A stretch of 64,000 nucleotides of DNA from Alphaproteobacteria bacterium (GCA_030428745.1 JAUIEG010000001.1:43815-107814), one strand, 5' to 3'. Counted from the stretch's first letter, positions 29,152 to 39,291 are shown. The notes: a model not told the origin generated them from the letters alone. Translations and numbers: made by a program.

Positions 29152-31578
29152 CTACTTATTCTTATCTTCGTTCCGGGCTTGTCCCCCGCGCTTTCGCTCC
29201 GCTTCCGCGACATGATGCTTGACGGAGATAAAACTGTCGGGCGTGACAGATATTGAGTCGATTCCGCACTCGACCAGGAAGCGCGCAAATTCCGGATGAT
29301 CGCTGGGCGCCTGACCGCACAGACCGACTTTCGCGCCCGCTTTGTGCGCCTCCGCAATAACGTTCCTGATCATCCATTTCACTGCAGCATCCTGCTCATC
29401 AAATAGATCGGCGAGATCTTCCGAATCCCGATCAACGCCGAGCGTTAACTGCGTCAGGTCGTTCGAGCCGATGGAAAACCCGTCAAAGCGTTCCGCGAAC
29501 GCCTGCGCAAGAATGACATTCGAGGGAATCTCGCACATGACATAGACCTGAAGTCCATTTTCTCCGCGCTTCAGGCCGTTCTGCGCCATCACCTCCAACA
29601 CCCGATCCGCCTCCTTTACCGACCGGCAAAAGGGGATCATCGCCACGACATTTTCAAAGCCCATTTCGTCGCGTAATCGATGGATCGCCCGGCATTCAAG
29701 AGCGAAACCGTCGCGATAGCGGGGCGAATAATAACGCGACGCGCCGCGGAAACCAATCATGGGATTGGCTTCCTTCGGTTCGAACGCCGCGCCGCCGATC
29801 AGCCCTGCATATTCGTTGGTCTTGAAATCGCTCATCCGGACGATCACCGGTTTCGGATGCAATGCGGCGGCGATGCGCGCCAGCCCGAGCGCCAGCTGAT
29901 CCACAAAATAATCGGCCTTCTTCTCATAGCCTCGCGTCAGCTCGTCGATCTGTCGCTTCACATCCTCATCCTTCAACGCATCGAAATGCGCGAGCGCCAT
30001 CGGATGGATTTTTACATGGTTCGACACCACGAATTCCATGCGCGCCAAACCGACACCGTCCGCGGGCAGCCGCCACCAGCGAAAGGCCGCGGCCGGATTG
30101 GCGAGATTGAGCATAATTTGGGTCTTGGTCGCAGGAATGTCGGAAACGCTTAACTCCTCGACGTCAAAGTCGGCGACGCCTTCATAGATAAACCCTTCCT
30201 CGCCTTCCGCGCAGGAAACGGTGACTTCCTGTTCGTCATGGAGAACACGCGTGGCGTTGCCTGTTCCGACAACCGCCGGCAGGCCAAGCTCGCGGCTGAC
30301 AATCGCTGCATGGGACGTGCGCCCGCCGTGATCGGTGACGACCGCCGCCGCGCGTTTCATAATTGGCACCCAGTCGGGATCGGTGTTTTCCGTCACCAGA
30401 ACGGAGCCGTCCTCGAACCGGCCGATCTCGCCCGGATCGCGGATCAGGCAGACCCTGCCGCTGACGATGGCGCCGCCAATGCTGAGGCCGGTCGCCAGCG
30501 TTCGGCCTTTCGACTTGATGCCGTAGCTTTTGAAGACGCCCGTCTGTGCATGGGACTGCACCGTTTCTGGCCGCGCCTGAACGACGAAAATCTCGCCCGA
30601 ATGGCCGTCTTTCGCCCATTCGATGTCCATCGGAACGCCGTAATGGCGTTCGATCTCGCAGGCCCAGCGGGCGAGCTGTAATATCTCCTCATCGCCGAGC
30701 ACAAAAGCTTCGCGCTCGGCGAGCGATGTCGGCACGGTCCGCGTCGCACGTTCGCCCCCGCGCGCATAGACCATCTTGATGATTTTATCGCCGCGCTTTT
30801 TGCGCAGAACGGGCTTCAACCCACCATTCGCAAGCAACGGCTTATAGGCCTGGTATTCATCGGGATCGACTTGGCCCTGCACGACGGTTTCGCCAAGTCC
30901 CCAGGCGGCGTTGATAAGGACAATGCGATCAAAACCCGTTTCCGTGTCGATGGTGAACATGACGCCCGAACCGGCAAGGTCCGAACGCACCATCTGCTGC
31001 ACGCCGATCGACAAGGCGACCTTCAGGTGATCGAAGCCTTTCGCCTCGCGATAGCTGATCGCCCGGTCGGTAAAGAGAGACGCAAAACACTTCCTGCACG
31101 CCGCTAAAAGCTCGTCCTCGCCGCGGATATTGAGAAACGTCTCCTGCTGGCCGGCAAAGCTGGCGTCAGGCAAGTCCTCTGCCGTGGCGCTGGAGCGCAC
31201 GGCGACGTCGGCGTCCTTCTCTCCGATGCGCTCGCAAAGCTTGTGATACGCCTCGGCGATGGCGCTCGCGAGGTCGCCCGGCCAGTCCCCCTTGAGAAAC
31301 GCCGATCGGATCGCATTGCCCGTTTCCGCCAGCGACGCTTTGCCTGATTTGAACTCCGCAAGGCGGTTTTTGATGACCTCGTTGAGGCTATTGGCTTCGA
31401 GAAAGCGCCAATAAGCGCCGGCGACGGTTGCAAATCCCGGCGGCACGCGCACGCCGCGGTCGCCGAGGCTGCGGACCATTTCCCCCAGCGAGGCGTTCTT
31501 GCCGCCGACCAAAGCCACGTCCTCGCGACGAACGTCCTCGAACCAGACGACTGGCGCTTCCGATATCGTATCCGGCAT
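29152..31578 (-). CDS. ppsA: Phosphoenolpyruvate synthase (pyruvate, water dikinase)
   Basis: VGGKNASLGEM, RSSATAEDLPDASFAGQQET, GGRTSHAAIVSRE, FSIGSNDLTQ. Confidence 0.95.
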   Translation of the reverse strand: MPDTISEAPVVWFEDVRREDVALVGGKNASLGEMVRSLGDRGVRVPPGFATVAGAYWRFLEANSLNEVIKNRLAEFKSGKASLAETGNAIRSAFLKGDWPGDLASAIAEAYHKLCERIGEKDADVAVRSSATAEDLPDASFAGQQETFLNIRGEDELLAACRKCFASLFTDRAISYREAKGFDHLKVALSIGVQQMVRSDLAGSGVMFTIDTETGFDRIVLINAAWGLGETVVQGQVDPDEYQAYKPLLANGGLKPVLRKKRGDKIIKMVYARGGERATRTVPTSLAEREAFVLGDEEILQLARWACEIERHYGVPMDIEWAKDGHSGEIFVVQARPETVQSHAQTGVFKSYGIKSKGRTLATGLSIGGAIVSGRVCLIRDPGEIGRFEDGSVLVTENTDPDWVPIMKRAAAVVTDHGGRTSHAAIVSRELGLPAVVGTGNATRVLHDEQEVTVSCAEGEEGFIYEGVADFDVEELSVSDIPATKTQIMLNLANPAAAFRWWRLPADGVGLARMEFVVSNHVKIHPMALAHFDALKDEDVKRQIDELTRGYEKKADYFVDQLALGLARIAAALHPKPVIVRMSDFKTNEYAGLIGGAAFEPKEANPMIGFRGASRYYSPRYRDGFALECRAIHRLRDEMGFENVVAMIPFCRSVKEADRVLEVMAQNGLKRGENGLQVYVMCEIPSNVILAQAFAERFDGFSIGSNDLTQLTLGVDRDSEDLADLFDEQDAAVKWMIRNVIAEAHKAGAKVGLCGQAPSDHPEFARFLVECGIDSISVTPDSFISVKHHVAEAERKRGGQARNEDKNK

Positions 31579-31610
31579 TTAAGCCCCTCTCACACTGGGT
31601 CTTTGCTCTA

Positions 31611-31639
31611 TTATACGCTGGGAATGCTATGCTCACTCA
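31611..31639 (-). promoter_or_regulatory. ECF (CnrH-like) promoter for ppsA operon
   Basis: Minus strand TGAGTG-N16-CGTATAA, ~33 bp before the ppsA start; one mismatch in -35. Confidence 0.5.
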
Positions 31640-31857
31640 AACTTTCCCCGCAATATCATCGAATTTAGGGAAGGCGCCCGACTCGACCAAGTATCAAGTG
31701 GCTTAAATATTCAAAGTGGGAGAATTGCCAAACGCAGACCTATCAAAATGCCGATTAAAATGTTGGCGACCTATGGCGCTGGCAGGTAAGTGTCAATTCT
31801 GCGCGATAGTCACGCATGGCGTGTATTCCGTTTAGCACCTTCGGCATGATTAACATA

Positions 31858-32697
31858 TTATGCTTTTGGACCGGCAATTGTTGTCGCGTATGCTATCGAA
31901 CCCACAGCAAACAAGAAAAGCGCAAATTCGGCGCTAAGCGTGAATCGCAAAGCTCTGCGTCCCGCTTCCTGTTCAAATTTTATCCGTTTAGTTACAGAAA
32001 ATTTGTTAAAGGCACCCAACGCGAGCGCGATGGAGGCTGCAGCCAACTTTCCGAGAAGCAGTCGCCCGTATGCAGAACCAGTCAACCCCTCCCACCCCCC
32101 CGCCAGTCGCCACGCGAGAACAAGGCCTAGGGCGAAGAGAGCGGGGATGGCGAATTGGGCGATACGACTAAATGCCTCAAGTCGCCCCACGAGCTCTTTG
32201 TCGTCAATAGCGGTGGCAGGCCAAAGCGCAACCGGCGCTGCAAACCAGAACCCAGCTACAAGAACATGAAAGCCTACGAGCCACGGCATGACGCCAGGCG
32301 ATTCAAGCCCTTGCGTGTGACCAGCGAGCCCAAACCCCGCACTGAGGATTAAAGCCGCCGCCAGCATTGCCAGCCGTTGCTGATTCAGCGCGCCTATAAG
32401 AGCCGAAAGACAACCGACGATTACGGCGTAAGCCTGCACATTATAGGTCCGCCAGATCCACGGAAAGGTGTCGGAATTGACGGCTGCAACCATCGTTCCG
32501 CCCAGTTTCGCATTCGCAAGTAGCAGCCGCGTAGCATAAAAGCACAGAACCATAATCGACAATACGCCAGACGCCGATATTCCAAGCGTTCGCTTAACGC
32601 CCGTCGCACAAATGGCCAGCATGCCGATGAACATTAATGTGGCGGCGTTATATCCGAACTGAATAATAAAACTGAATAGAGAAATCGCGTCAGGCAT
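31858..32697 (-). CDS. copD: CopD-family copper resistance membrane protein
   Basis: LAGHT, FHVLVAGFWF, RLEAFSRIA, YGRLLLGKL; follows copC; start approximate. Confidence 0.8.
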   Translation of the reverse strand: MPDAISLFSFIIQFGYNAATLMFIGMLAICATGVKRTLGISASGVLSIMVLCFYATRLLLANAKLGGTMVAAVNSDTFPWIWRTYNVQAYAVIVGCLSALIGALNQQRLAMLAAALILSAGFGLAGHTQGLESPGVMPWLVGFHVLVAGFWFAAPVALWPATAIDDKELVGRLEAFSRIAQFAIPALFALGLVLAWRLAGGWEGLTGSAYGRLLLGKLAAASIALALGAFNKFSVTKRIKFEQEAGRRALRFTLSAEFALFLFAVGSIAYATTIAGPKA

Positions 32698-32704
32698 AAG
32701 GACG

Positions 32705-33064
32705 CTATCTAACCGAGAACTCAATCTTGCCGCTCATGGCATGACCGTCCTTTGCGATAGCGCGCCAATAAAATACGTACGAGCCAGACCCAAGAGACGG
32801 AAGGGGAATGACAAACACTGTCTGAAATTCCTTCGGTTTCACATATTCAAGTTCGATAGATTCGCCCGTCGACGTTTCCAACCGAATATCCACGAGACCG
32901 ACGTCGCCGTTAAATGCGAATTCTAAATTTTCCGGAACTGGATTTTTAGGCGCCGCGTCATATATGCCGCCGTGTTCTATATTCGACGACTTTATCATGA
33001 CGTGTGCTTTTGCCGGCATACCGGCGAACATGAGCATTATCGATATTGCCAAAGCCTTTTTCAT
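32705..33064 (-). CDS. copC: CopC periplasmic copper-binding protein
   Basis: Signal peptide AKA|H (mature His1); YWRAIAKDGHAMSGKIEF. Confidence 0.85.
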   Translation of the reverse strand: MKKALAISIMLMFAGMPAKAHVMIKSSNIEHGGIYDAAPKNPVPENLEFAFNGDVGLVDIRLETSTGESIELEYVKPKEFQTVFVIPLPSLGSGSYVFYWRAIAKDGHAMSGKIEFSVR

Positions 33065-33081
33065 TTCGATTTTCCTTGTTC

Positions 33082-33567
33082 TCAACGCTCTCCGTTCCTG
33101 TCTAAACGGACAATTGCGTCCACTTCGACAGGGGCGTTTAACGGCAGCACACTTACGCCAACGGCGGTTCTCGAATGTTTGCCAACCTCTCCAAATACAC
33201 TGAGGAAAAGATCCGAAGCACCATTCATCACAACGGGTTGGTCGAAAAACTCTTTGCCACTGGCGATGAATCCCCCGAGCCTGACAATGCTTCGAACACG
33301 GGCTAAATTACCGCCGCAAGCCACCTTGAGCTGAGCCATGAGATTTACAGCGCAAAGAGCGGCGGCGCGCACGCCCTCCTCGATGCCCACCTCCTCGCCA
33401 ACCCGCCCCCTTGCCGTCATCTTTCCCCGGGAAAGCGGCAATTGCCCTGATACATAGACAAAGTCCCCGACGACGATAAAAGGCGCGTAACTCGCGACAG
33501 GCGTCGCCGGCAGGGGCAATTCAATACCGAGATCCTGCAATCTCTTGTCAATCGAGCTCACACTCAC
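33082..33567 (-). CDS. Rid (RidA/YjgF) family imine deaminase
   Basis: PVASYAP, YVSGQLP, NGASDL, GKHSRTAVGVSVLPLNAPVEVD. Confidence 0.88.
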   Translation of the reverse strand: MSVSSIDKRLQDLGIELPLPATPVASYAPFIVVGDFVYVSGQLPLSRGKMTARGRVGEEVGIEEGVRAAALCAVNLMAQLKVACGGNLARVRSIVRLGGFIASGKEFFDQPVVMNGASDLFLSVFGEVGKHSRTAVGVSVLPLNAPVEVDAIVRLDRNGER

Positions 33568-33597
33568 GCCCTGTACCCACCATCGATTTGAAAATCA

Positions 33598-33633
33598 AAA
33601 CCGCCGCCCAATAACAGCTCAGGGCGGCGGTTT
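33598..33633 (-). terminator. Rho-independent terminator-like hairpin after TonB receptor
   Basis: AAACCGCCGCCC...GGGCGGCGGTTT stem followed by TTTTGATTTT on the minus strand. Confidence 0.65.
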
Positions 33634-33651
33634 CTCCAACGGTCAATCCGC

Positions 33652-36168
33652 CTAGAATTCGGCTGTGGCGCGCACGTACCAGAAGCCGCCGTTAAAGCCC
33701 TGCGGCGCGAAGCGCGGATAAATGAGGCCGCTGCTGATATTCCCCGCGCGCGTGTCGAGGTCCGGGTAATTATCAAATATGTTCTCCGCGCCTACCGCCA
33801 AGCGAACATTATCATTCACGTCGTAGCCGAGCTCGAAATCCACAAGCCATTCTGCGCCAAATGTTTGATCGTCGGCCGGCGAACCGCCATAGTCTGTCCA
33901 CTTACCGTAATAATTGCCGCGAATGAGTGCTGAAAACGGGCCAGTGCGCAACGTGGCCTCCGCAAGGGCGCGGTAGTGCGGCGTGAAATCCTCCAGCTCA
34001 AGCGTCCGCTCGCGGTCGATGGCCGTCATATTGCGAACCGCTGTCACCTTCGTATCGGTATAGTTGAAGGTCCCTAAAAGATTTAGTGATGAATCTCCCA
34101 CGAACGGCGTTTGATAAGTTGCGACAACATCGACGCCTTGGGTTCGGGTGTCGAACGCATTGGTGAAAAATCGAACTGAGCTGAGCGACCCTCCAGTTGT
34201 GATTCCTGAGGCGATCAGCGCCGCTTGCTCGGCTGGACCAATCGGAATATCGCCCGACACACTGATCCGGTCATTGAGTTTAATGTTAAAATAATCGGCA
34301 GTGATCCGAACACCGCCGGGGATATTGAGCACCAGTCCGCCAGCGAAATTGAATGACTCTTCGACACTCAGCGGCTCGGCGCCAAAAAACATCGCGACCG
34401 GATTTGTCGGCGGAATTTGTCCGCTGATAAGCGTCGCCCCAGTTGACAGATCAATATTGGTCGAGGTTTGGGAAAGATTCGCCTGCCCCGGCGTCGGCGC
34501 CCGAAAGCCTGTGTTCACAGAACCACGGATCGCAACGCCGTCGAAAAGTTCCGCCCTGCCCGAGACCTTATAATTAAAGGTCGTGCCAAAATCGTCGAAA
34601 TCTTCGAAGCGAATAGCTACACCGCCAGAGATCCGTTCGGTCAGATCTGCTTCGAGATCGAGATAAAGCGCGTAGTTCCAACGTCCGAAATCGCCGACCT
34701 CAGTCGGATTAAACCCCTGGAAGCCGCTCGATCCCACGGCGAGCGGAACTGTCATTCCACCGTCCGGATCGGCAAAGGAAGAAGCAAACGGCCCTACCTC
34801 CCAGGATGCCTGGTCGCCGAGCGTTATCAGGTAGTCCTCACGATGGTATTCAGCGCCAACAGCCACGTTGAGCGGTGAAACGAATGCGGCGACATCCATA
34901 AGATAGACGAAATCCAAGTTCGCCGTCGTCTCACGCTGGGTCAGTGTGCCTGGGTCGAACTCGGTCGGAGACGCCGGTCCGAGCGACGGGTTTACAGTTT
35001 GACCTAGATGATAATCAGTCTTGTTTTCGCCGTGATAGAGACTTGCGTCGAAACTCAAGTTCTCGGCGAGATCGCCGCGTACGCCGCCTGCCGCGCTCCA
35101 GTCCGTGGTCGTCGCTTCAAACTGTGGCGAAAACCCGCCCGGAAAGACAGAGGTGAAACTGAAGCGCTCGCCCCCAGGCATGGTCGTCAATGGAACGCTA
35201 GAGAAAATTTCCGTCCGCGACACTGGATTGCGGTAAAAGAAGCTAGTTACTCCGTTTGTTCGGCTATAGTTGCCGAACAGATAAGCTTCCAAATTATTGT
35301 TGAGATCGATCCCGGCGTTGAAAAACGACCGGAATGCGCTGCCGTCGGGATTGCCCCAACGCTGTCCGAGACCGTTTTCCGGCACATCCTCAATATCGAT
35401 CGTTCCCGCGCTGACGAGCGCGGCCACATCCGGCCGCTGTGCGCCGCGCGAGGTTTCTTCCGAATTCACATATTCCAGCGCCACATGGAAAAAGCCGGAA
35501 TCGCCCAACGGCAATCCGATGTTGCCCTGAACGCTGATTTCTTCACCGTCTCCTTCATAATACTGCCCATATTGCGTGCTCAGGCGGAAACCGTCGCTAT
35601 CCTCAGCTAGATTAACGTTGAGAACACCCGCAATGGCGTCCGACCCATATTGCGCCGATGCGCCGTCCCGCAGGACCTCAAGTTGGCTGATGGCGTTCGA
35701 AGGAATCGTCGCCAGATCGGGTCCCTGCGCTCCCAATGTCTGCGGCAGACGGCTGGTAGCGATTAGCGCCGAGCGATGACGACGCTTTCCATTGATCAGC
35801 AGGAGCGTTTGATCGGGCGCAAGACCACGCAAGGTGAAAGGGCGCTGAAACACGTTTCCGTCATTTGTAACGTAACGCTGGACATTGAGCGATACGACTT
35901 GGGTCCGCAGAATATCCGTCAGGTCCGCAGTGCCGCTTTTTTCCAGAGCATCGCCGCCTATCACGTCAATCGGAATCATTGAGTTTCCGACCGTGCGGTC
36001 GGCTCGCCTCGTGCCGGTGACAACGATCGTGTCCCCGTCGCCCCCTGCCGCATCGCCGTTTTCCTGCGCGTAACCGACGCTGAAGGTCGCCTGCAAACCA
36101 AGCAACATCGTCGTGCAAAGCGCCGTATTCCCGAATATTCCGCGCAACCTTTCATTTCCTAATTTCAT
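33652..36168 (-). CDS. TonB-dependent receptor
   Basis: DTIVVTGTR TonB box, plug LRGLAPDQTLLLINGKRRH, VLRDGASAQYGSDAIAGV, terminal F. Confidence 0.93.
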   Translation of the reverse strand: MKLGNERLRGIFGNTALCTTMLLGLQATFSVGYAQENGDAAGGDGDTIVVTGTRRADRTVGNSMIPIDVIGGDALEKSGTADLTDILRTQVVSLNVQRYVTNDGNVFQRPFTLRGLAPDQTLLLINGKRRHRSALIATSRLPQTLGAQGPDLATIPSNAISQLEVLRDGASAQYGSDAIAGVLNVNLAEDSDGFRLSTQYGQYYEGDGEEISVQGNIGLPLGDSGFFHVALEYVNSEETSRGAQRPDVAALVSAGTIDIEDVPENGLGQRWGNPDGSAFRSFFNAGIDLNNNLEAYLFGNYSRTNGVTSFFYRNPVSRTEIFSSVPLTTMPGGERFSFTSVFPGGFSPQFEATTTDWSAAGGVRGDLAENLSFDASLYHGENKTDYHLGQTVNPSLGPASPTEFDPGTLTQRETTANLDFVYLMDVAAFVSPLNVAVGAEYHREDYLITLGDQASWEVGPFASSFADPDGGMTVPLAVGSSGFQGFNPTEVGDFGRWNYALYLDLEADLTERISGGVAIRFEDFDDFGTTFNYKVSGRAELFDGVAIRGSVNTGFRAPTPGQANLSQTSTNIDLSTGATLISGQIPPTNPVAMFFGAEPLSVEESFNFAGGLVLNIPGGVRITADYFNIKLNDRISVSGDIPIGPAEQAALIASGITTGGSLSSVRFFTNAFDTRTQGVDVVATYQTPFVGDSSLNLLGTFNYTDTKVTAVRNMTAIDRERTLELEDFTPHYRALAEATLRTGPFSALIRGNYYGKWTDYGGSPADDQTFGAEWLVDFELGYDVNDNVRLAVGAENIFDNYPDLDTRAGNISSGLIYPRFAPQGFNGGFWYVRATAEF

Positions 36169-36653
36169 TTCTTAGCCCCTCCTCAATCACATCCCAGGCG
36201 CCACGCATGACGCCTTCGGCCCTCCCGGACATAAATCAGATCGCCACGAATAATCCCGTGGGATGACGCCACAACAGTGCCATCGGGTCCATAATGACCC
36301 CACGCGACCCTATACGGTCAAATCGAATTATTTCCGATACTTATTCTTTTATGTTATGACTTCAGCGGGTCAGCGATAAACAGTTAGCAGCAAACGGGAT
36401 ACTTTCCTCCACCACTTTTGCATGCATTATTTTCATCGATGGTGCCACAAAGTAACGTTGCCCTTATGACAATCTACAAGCTTACAAAAGACAACATCGG
36501 CACCAGGATTTTAACTAATGGCGCTGCAGCGAGAAGAATATGACGCGATGTTCCGCTTGCAATAGAAACGCTAGTCAAAAAACTTGCACAATGGATTATC
36601 GATAAGAATAAGGTCAAGATTATTGTCTGTCATGAGTATCGTATGAATTTGCC

Positions 36654-37889
36654 TTGTATGAATCATGTGAGGAAATCGGGGATTTAGATTTGACAAACTC
36701 GACGAATGTCGGCGCTAAGTCGCACAAATCAGCAAAAGCCCGTCATAAATTGAATTCCAACCTTATTGGAATTGAATGCCTCCGTTGCAAAACGAAGCAT
36801 GAACTAGCCGACTACTTCACCGGTTGCCCGTTGTGCCTAGCAGAAGGTTACCCGGCAAGCGTTCGCCAATTATATAGCGCCGACGCATGGCAAGTGAATT
36901 CTGGGCATAAAGGCATGACGCGATACGCTTCGTGTTTGCCTTATACCAATTTTACGACACTCGGCGAAGGCGGCACGCCTTTAATCGCCGCGCCAGCGCT
37001 CGCCGACGGCATAGGAACCGGCGCTATTTTCGTAAAATGTGAAGGACAAAACCCCACAGGTTCGCACAAAGACCGGATGAGCGCACTCGCCGTCACCCGC
37101 GCATCGGATATCGGAGCCGAGACGGTGATCGGAGCGTCTTCCGGGAACGCAGGCGCGTCGATTGCGGCCTATGCTGCGCGGGCCGGTCTTCAATGCGTGA
37201 TTGTTACGACGCATGATATGAATCCGATCTGGCGGCGTGCCATTGCGGCGACCGGCGCCCGATTAGTCGAGGCAAAGAACTCTCTTGACCGGTGGGAATA
37301 TGTCGAAAAACGCGCAACTGAAGACGGCTGGTTTCCGGTCACCAATTACATTAACTCGCCTGTCGGCAGCAATCATTTCGGCGTGGACGGACTAAGGACA
37401 ATTGCATTCGAACTTTTCGAGGAAACGGGCGCACAGGGCGTCGACGCCATTATCGTTCCTACATCTCGTGCGGACCTCATTTGGGGCGTCTTCGAAGGAT
37501 TTCGATTTTTAAAGGAAAACGGCCTTATTCAGCGAGTGCCTCGGCTTTACGCCGTCGAACCATTTTCAAGAATAGATTCGGTCCTCCGGGGAAGCGACTA
37601 TCGAGGGAATTTTGAAGGACACACGCGCCAAATCTCCATTGCCGGGTCAACGGTAACGTATCAGGCGATTGACGCCTTAAAGCAGTCGCAAGGCGGCGTT
37701 GTCGTCGTGAACGATGACGCGGCAGTGAGCGACCAGCGGATATTGGCGCAGAACGGATTTTATATGGAACTTTCTTCAGCCGCCAGCCTCAGCGGACTGA
37801 GACGATTACTCGACAGGGGTGATATCCATGCCGACGAACGCGTTATTTTGATCGCAACGTCTAGCGGGTATAAGGAATTCGATTTTTAA
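36654..37889 (+). CDS. Threonine-synthase-like fold-type II PLP enzyme with N-terminal Zn ribbon
   Basis: CLRC/CPLC; LGEGGTPL; KCEGQNPTGSHKDR; ASSGNAG; true start probably downstream. Confidence 0.8.
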   Translation: MYESCEEIGDLDLTNSTNVGAKSHKSAKARHKLNSNLIGIECLRCKTKHELADYFTGCPLCLAEGYPASVRQLYSADAWQVNSGHKGMTRYASCLPYTNFTTLGEGGTPLIAAPALADGIGTGAIFVKCEGQNPTGSHKDRMSALAVTRASDIGAETVIGASSGNAGASIAAYAARAGLQCVIVTTHDMNPIWRRAIAATGARLVEAKNSLDRWEYVEKRATEDGWFPVTNYINSPVGSNHFGVDGLRTIAFELFEETGAQGVDAIIVPTSRADLIWGVFEGFRFLKENGLIQRVPRLYAVEPFSRIDSVLRGSDYRGNFEGHTRQISIAGSTVTYQAIDALKQSQGGVVVVNDDAAVSDQRILAQNGFYMELSSAASLSGLRRLLDRGDIHADERVILIATSSGYKEFDF

Positions 37890-37983
37890 GAATCTCTCAT
37901 TTCGAAGTATTTCTGATTAGAGCTTTTGTCGCTTTAGCCACCCGAAGTAGCTGAAATGGTTTTCGATCATGAAACTGAATTTG

Positions 37984-39291
37984 CTACCGTTGCTTTAGTT
38001 GCGCCGTCCTTGTGATAAAGCGCTGGCGTCTGATGAAATAAAATGCGCTTCCGATCAGCGACAAAAAGATCGCTGCGGCCCACGCCTTTAATGAAGCATG
38101 TCCTACCAACCAGATCGAAAGCAGGAAGGCGAAAACGGGCACGATCAAACCGCCAGGAATCGCGAATTGTCGCGGGTCTTTGTCCATTGTTTTTTCTATC
38201 CGCGGCAAGGACGCGATGGTCAACGCATAGGTAATGAAACGTACCAGCGTGCTAACCGTCGCCAGCCAGACAAATCCGCCGCTAACGCCGAGCAAAATCC
38301 CGAGGCCGCCGCAAAACAGGATGGAATTGCCCGGTGTCCCGAACTTCGGATGAACCGCTGCGAACCATTTAGGTATCGTTTCCTGCTTGCTCAGGGCGAA
38401 GGTCAATCGCGGTCCCACGAGCATCGACGTGGCGCTGGAGCCCGCGATCGAAAAAACGGCCCCCAACGCCAAAATGGACGCCCCGATGGGACCGATGAGT
38501 CGTTCAGCAACCTGAGCGAGCGGCGTTTTCGTTTCCGCAATAGCCGGATCGACTGAAATCGAGACGACCTGGATTGCGATATAGAAGACCGAGACCAGCG
38601 CAACGGTCGTTACTAATGCAATGGGAATGTCGGCCTTCGGATTCTTTGACTCGCCGGCGTTAATGACCGCCACTTCAAAACCGATAAACGCGTACATGAG
38701 GATGAGGATCGCTTCTCCAAGCGCTCTCATTTCGGGAACGCTCGCGCCTATGATGGCGTCCAGTTCCGTTGACGGCAGGCCGAACAGCACGAGAAGAAAC
38801 AGCGGCGCAAGCTTCAAGATCGTCAGGACATAAAGCAGCGTCAGACTGTTGCGCACGCCGATATAGTTGATCCAGGTGTAGAAAGAAATCAGCATTGCAA
38901 CTGCCATTGGCCGGATCAGGGGCGTATCAAGCGCCGGCAGGAACCAGCTTGCATAGCTCACGAGCAGGTTCGAGCTCGCCGCAAGCCCCGCGACGCGGCT
39001 GATATAAAGCAGCCACCCTGTCTGGAATCCGACAAACCGGCCGAAGGAATGGGTCGTGTAGACAATCGGCCCCCCGGTTTCCTTAAAAAAACTCGCCGCT
39101 CTTGCAAACGACAAAGCGATTGTTGTGATCAGCAACGCGGCGATCAGAAAAACCCACGGACTGAAATACCCGGCTTGTTGCATCGCGACGGCAGGCAAGG
39201 CGAAAATCCCTGAGCCGATGATCCCGTTCAAGGCGATGACGCCCGTTCCAATGCGTCCGGTTGTTCGCGCAAGCTCAGTATTATCCGCCAA
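37984..39291 (-). CDS. APC-family amino acid permease
   Basis: NGIIGSGIFALP, TGGP, YAFIGFE, AGESKNP; TTG start after GGAG. Confidence 0.88.
   Translation of the reverse strand: MADNTELARTTGRIGTGVIALNGIIGSGIFALPAVAMQQAGYFSPWVFLIAALLITTIALSFARAASFFKETGGPIVYTTHSFGRFVGFQTGWLLYISRVAGLAASSNLLVSYASWFLPALDTPLIRPMAVAMLISFYTWINYIGVRNSLTLLYVLTILKLAPLFLLVLFGLPSTELDAIIGASVPEMRALGEAILILMYAFIGFEVAVINAGESKNPKADIPIALVTTVALVSVFYIAIQVVSISVDPAIAETKTPLAQVAERLIGPIGASILALGAVFSIAGSSATSMLVGPRLTFALSKQETIPKWFAAVHPKFGTPGNSILFCGGLGILLGVSGGFVWLATVSTLVRFITYALTIASLPRIEKTMDKDPRQFAIPGGLIVPVFAFLLSIWLVGHASLKAWAAAIFLSLIGSAFYFIRRQRFITRTAQLKQR

Noticed and set aside
31611-31640. MerR/CueR-type promoter (TTGAGT-N19-TATAAT on the minus strand) for ppsA
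   Set aside because: The 19-bp spacing fits, but the spacer has no dyad and no MerR gene is present. The ECF motif reading matches four other sites better.
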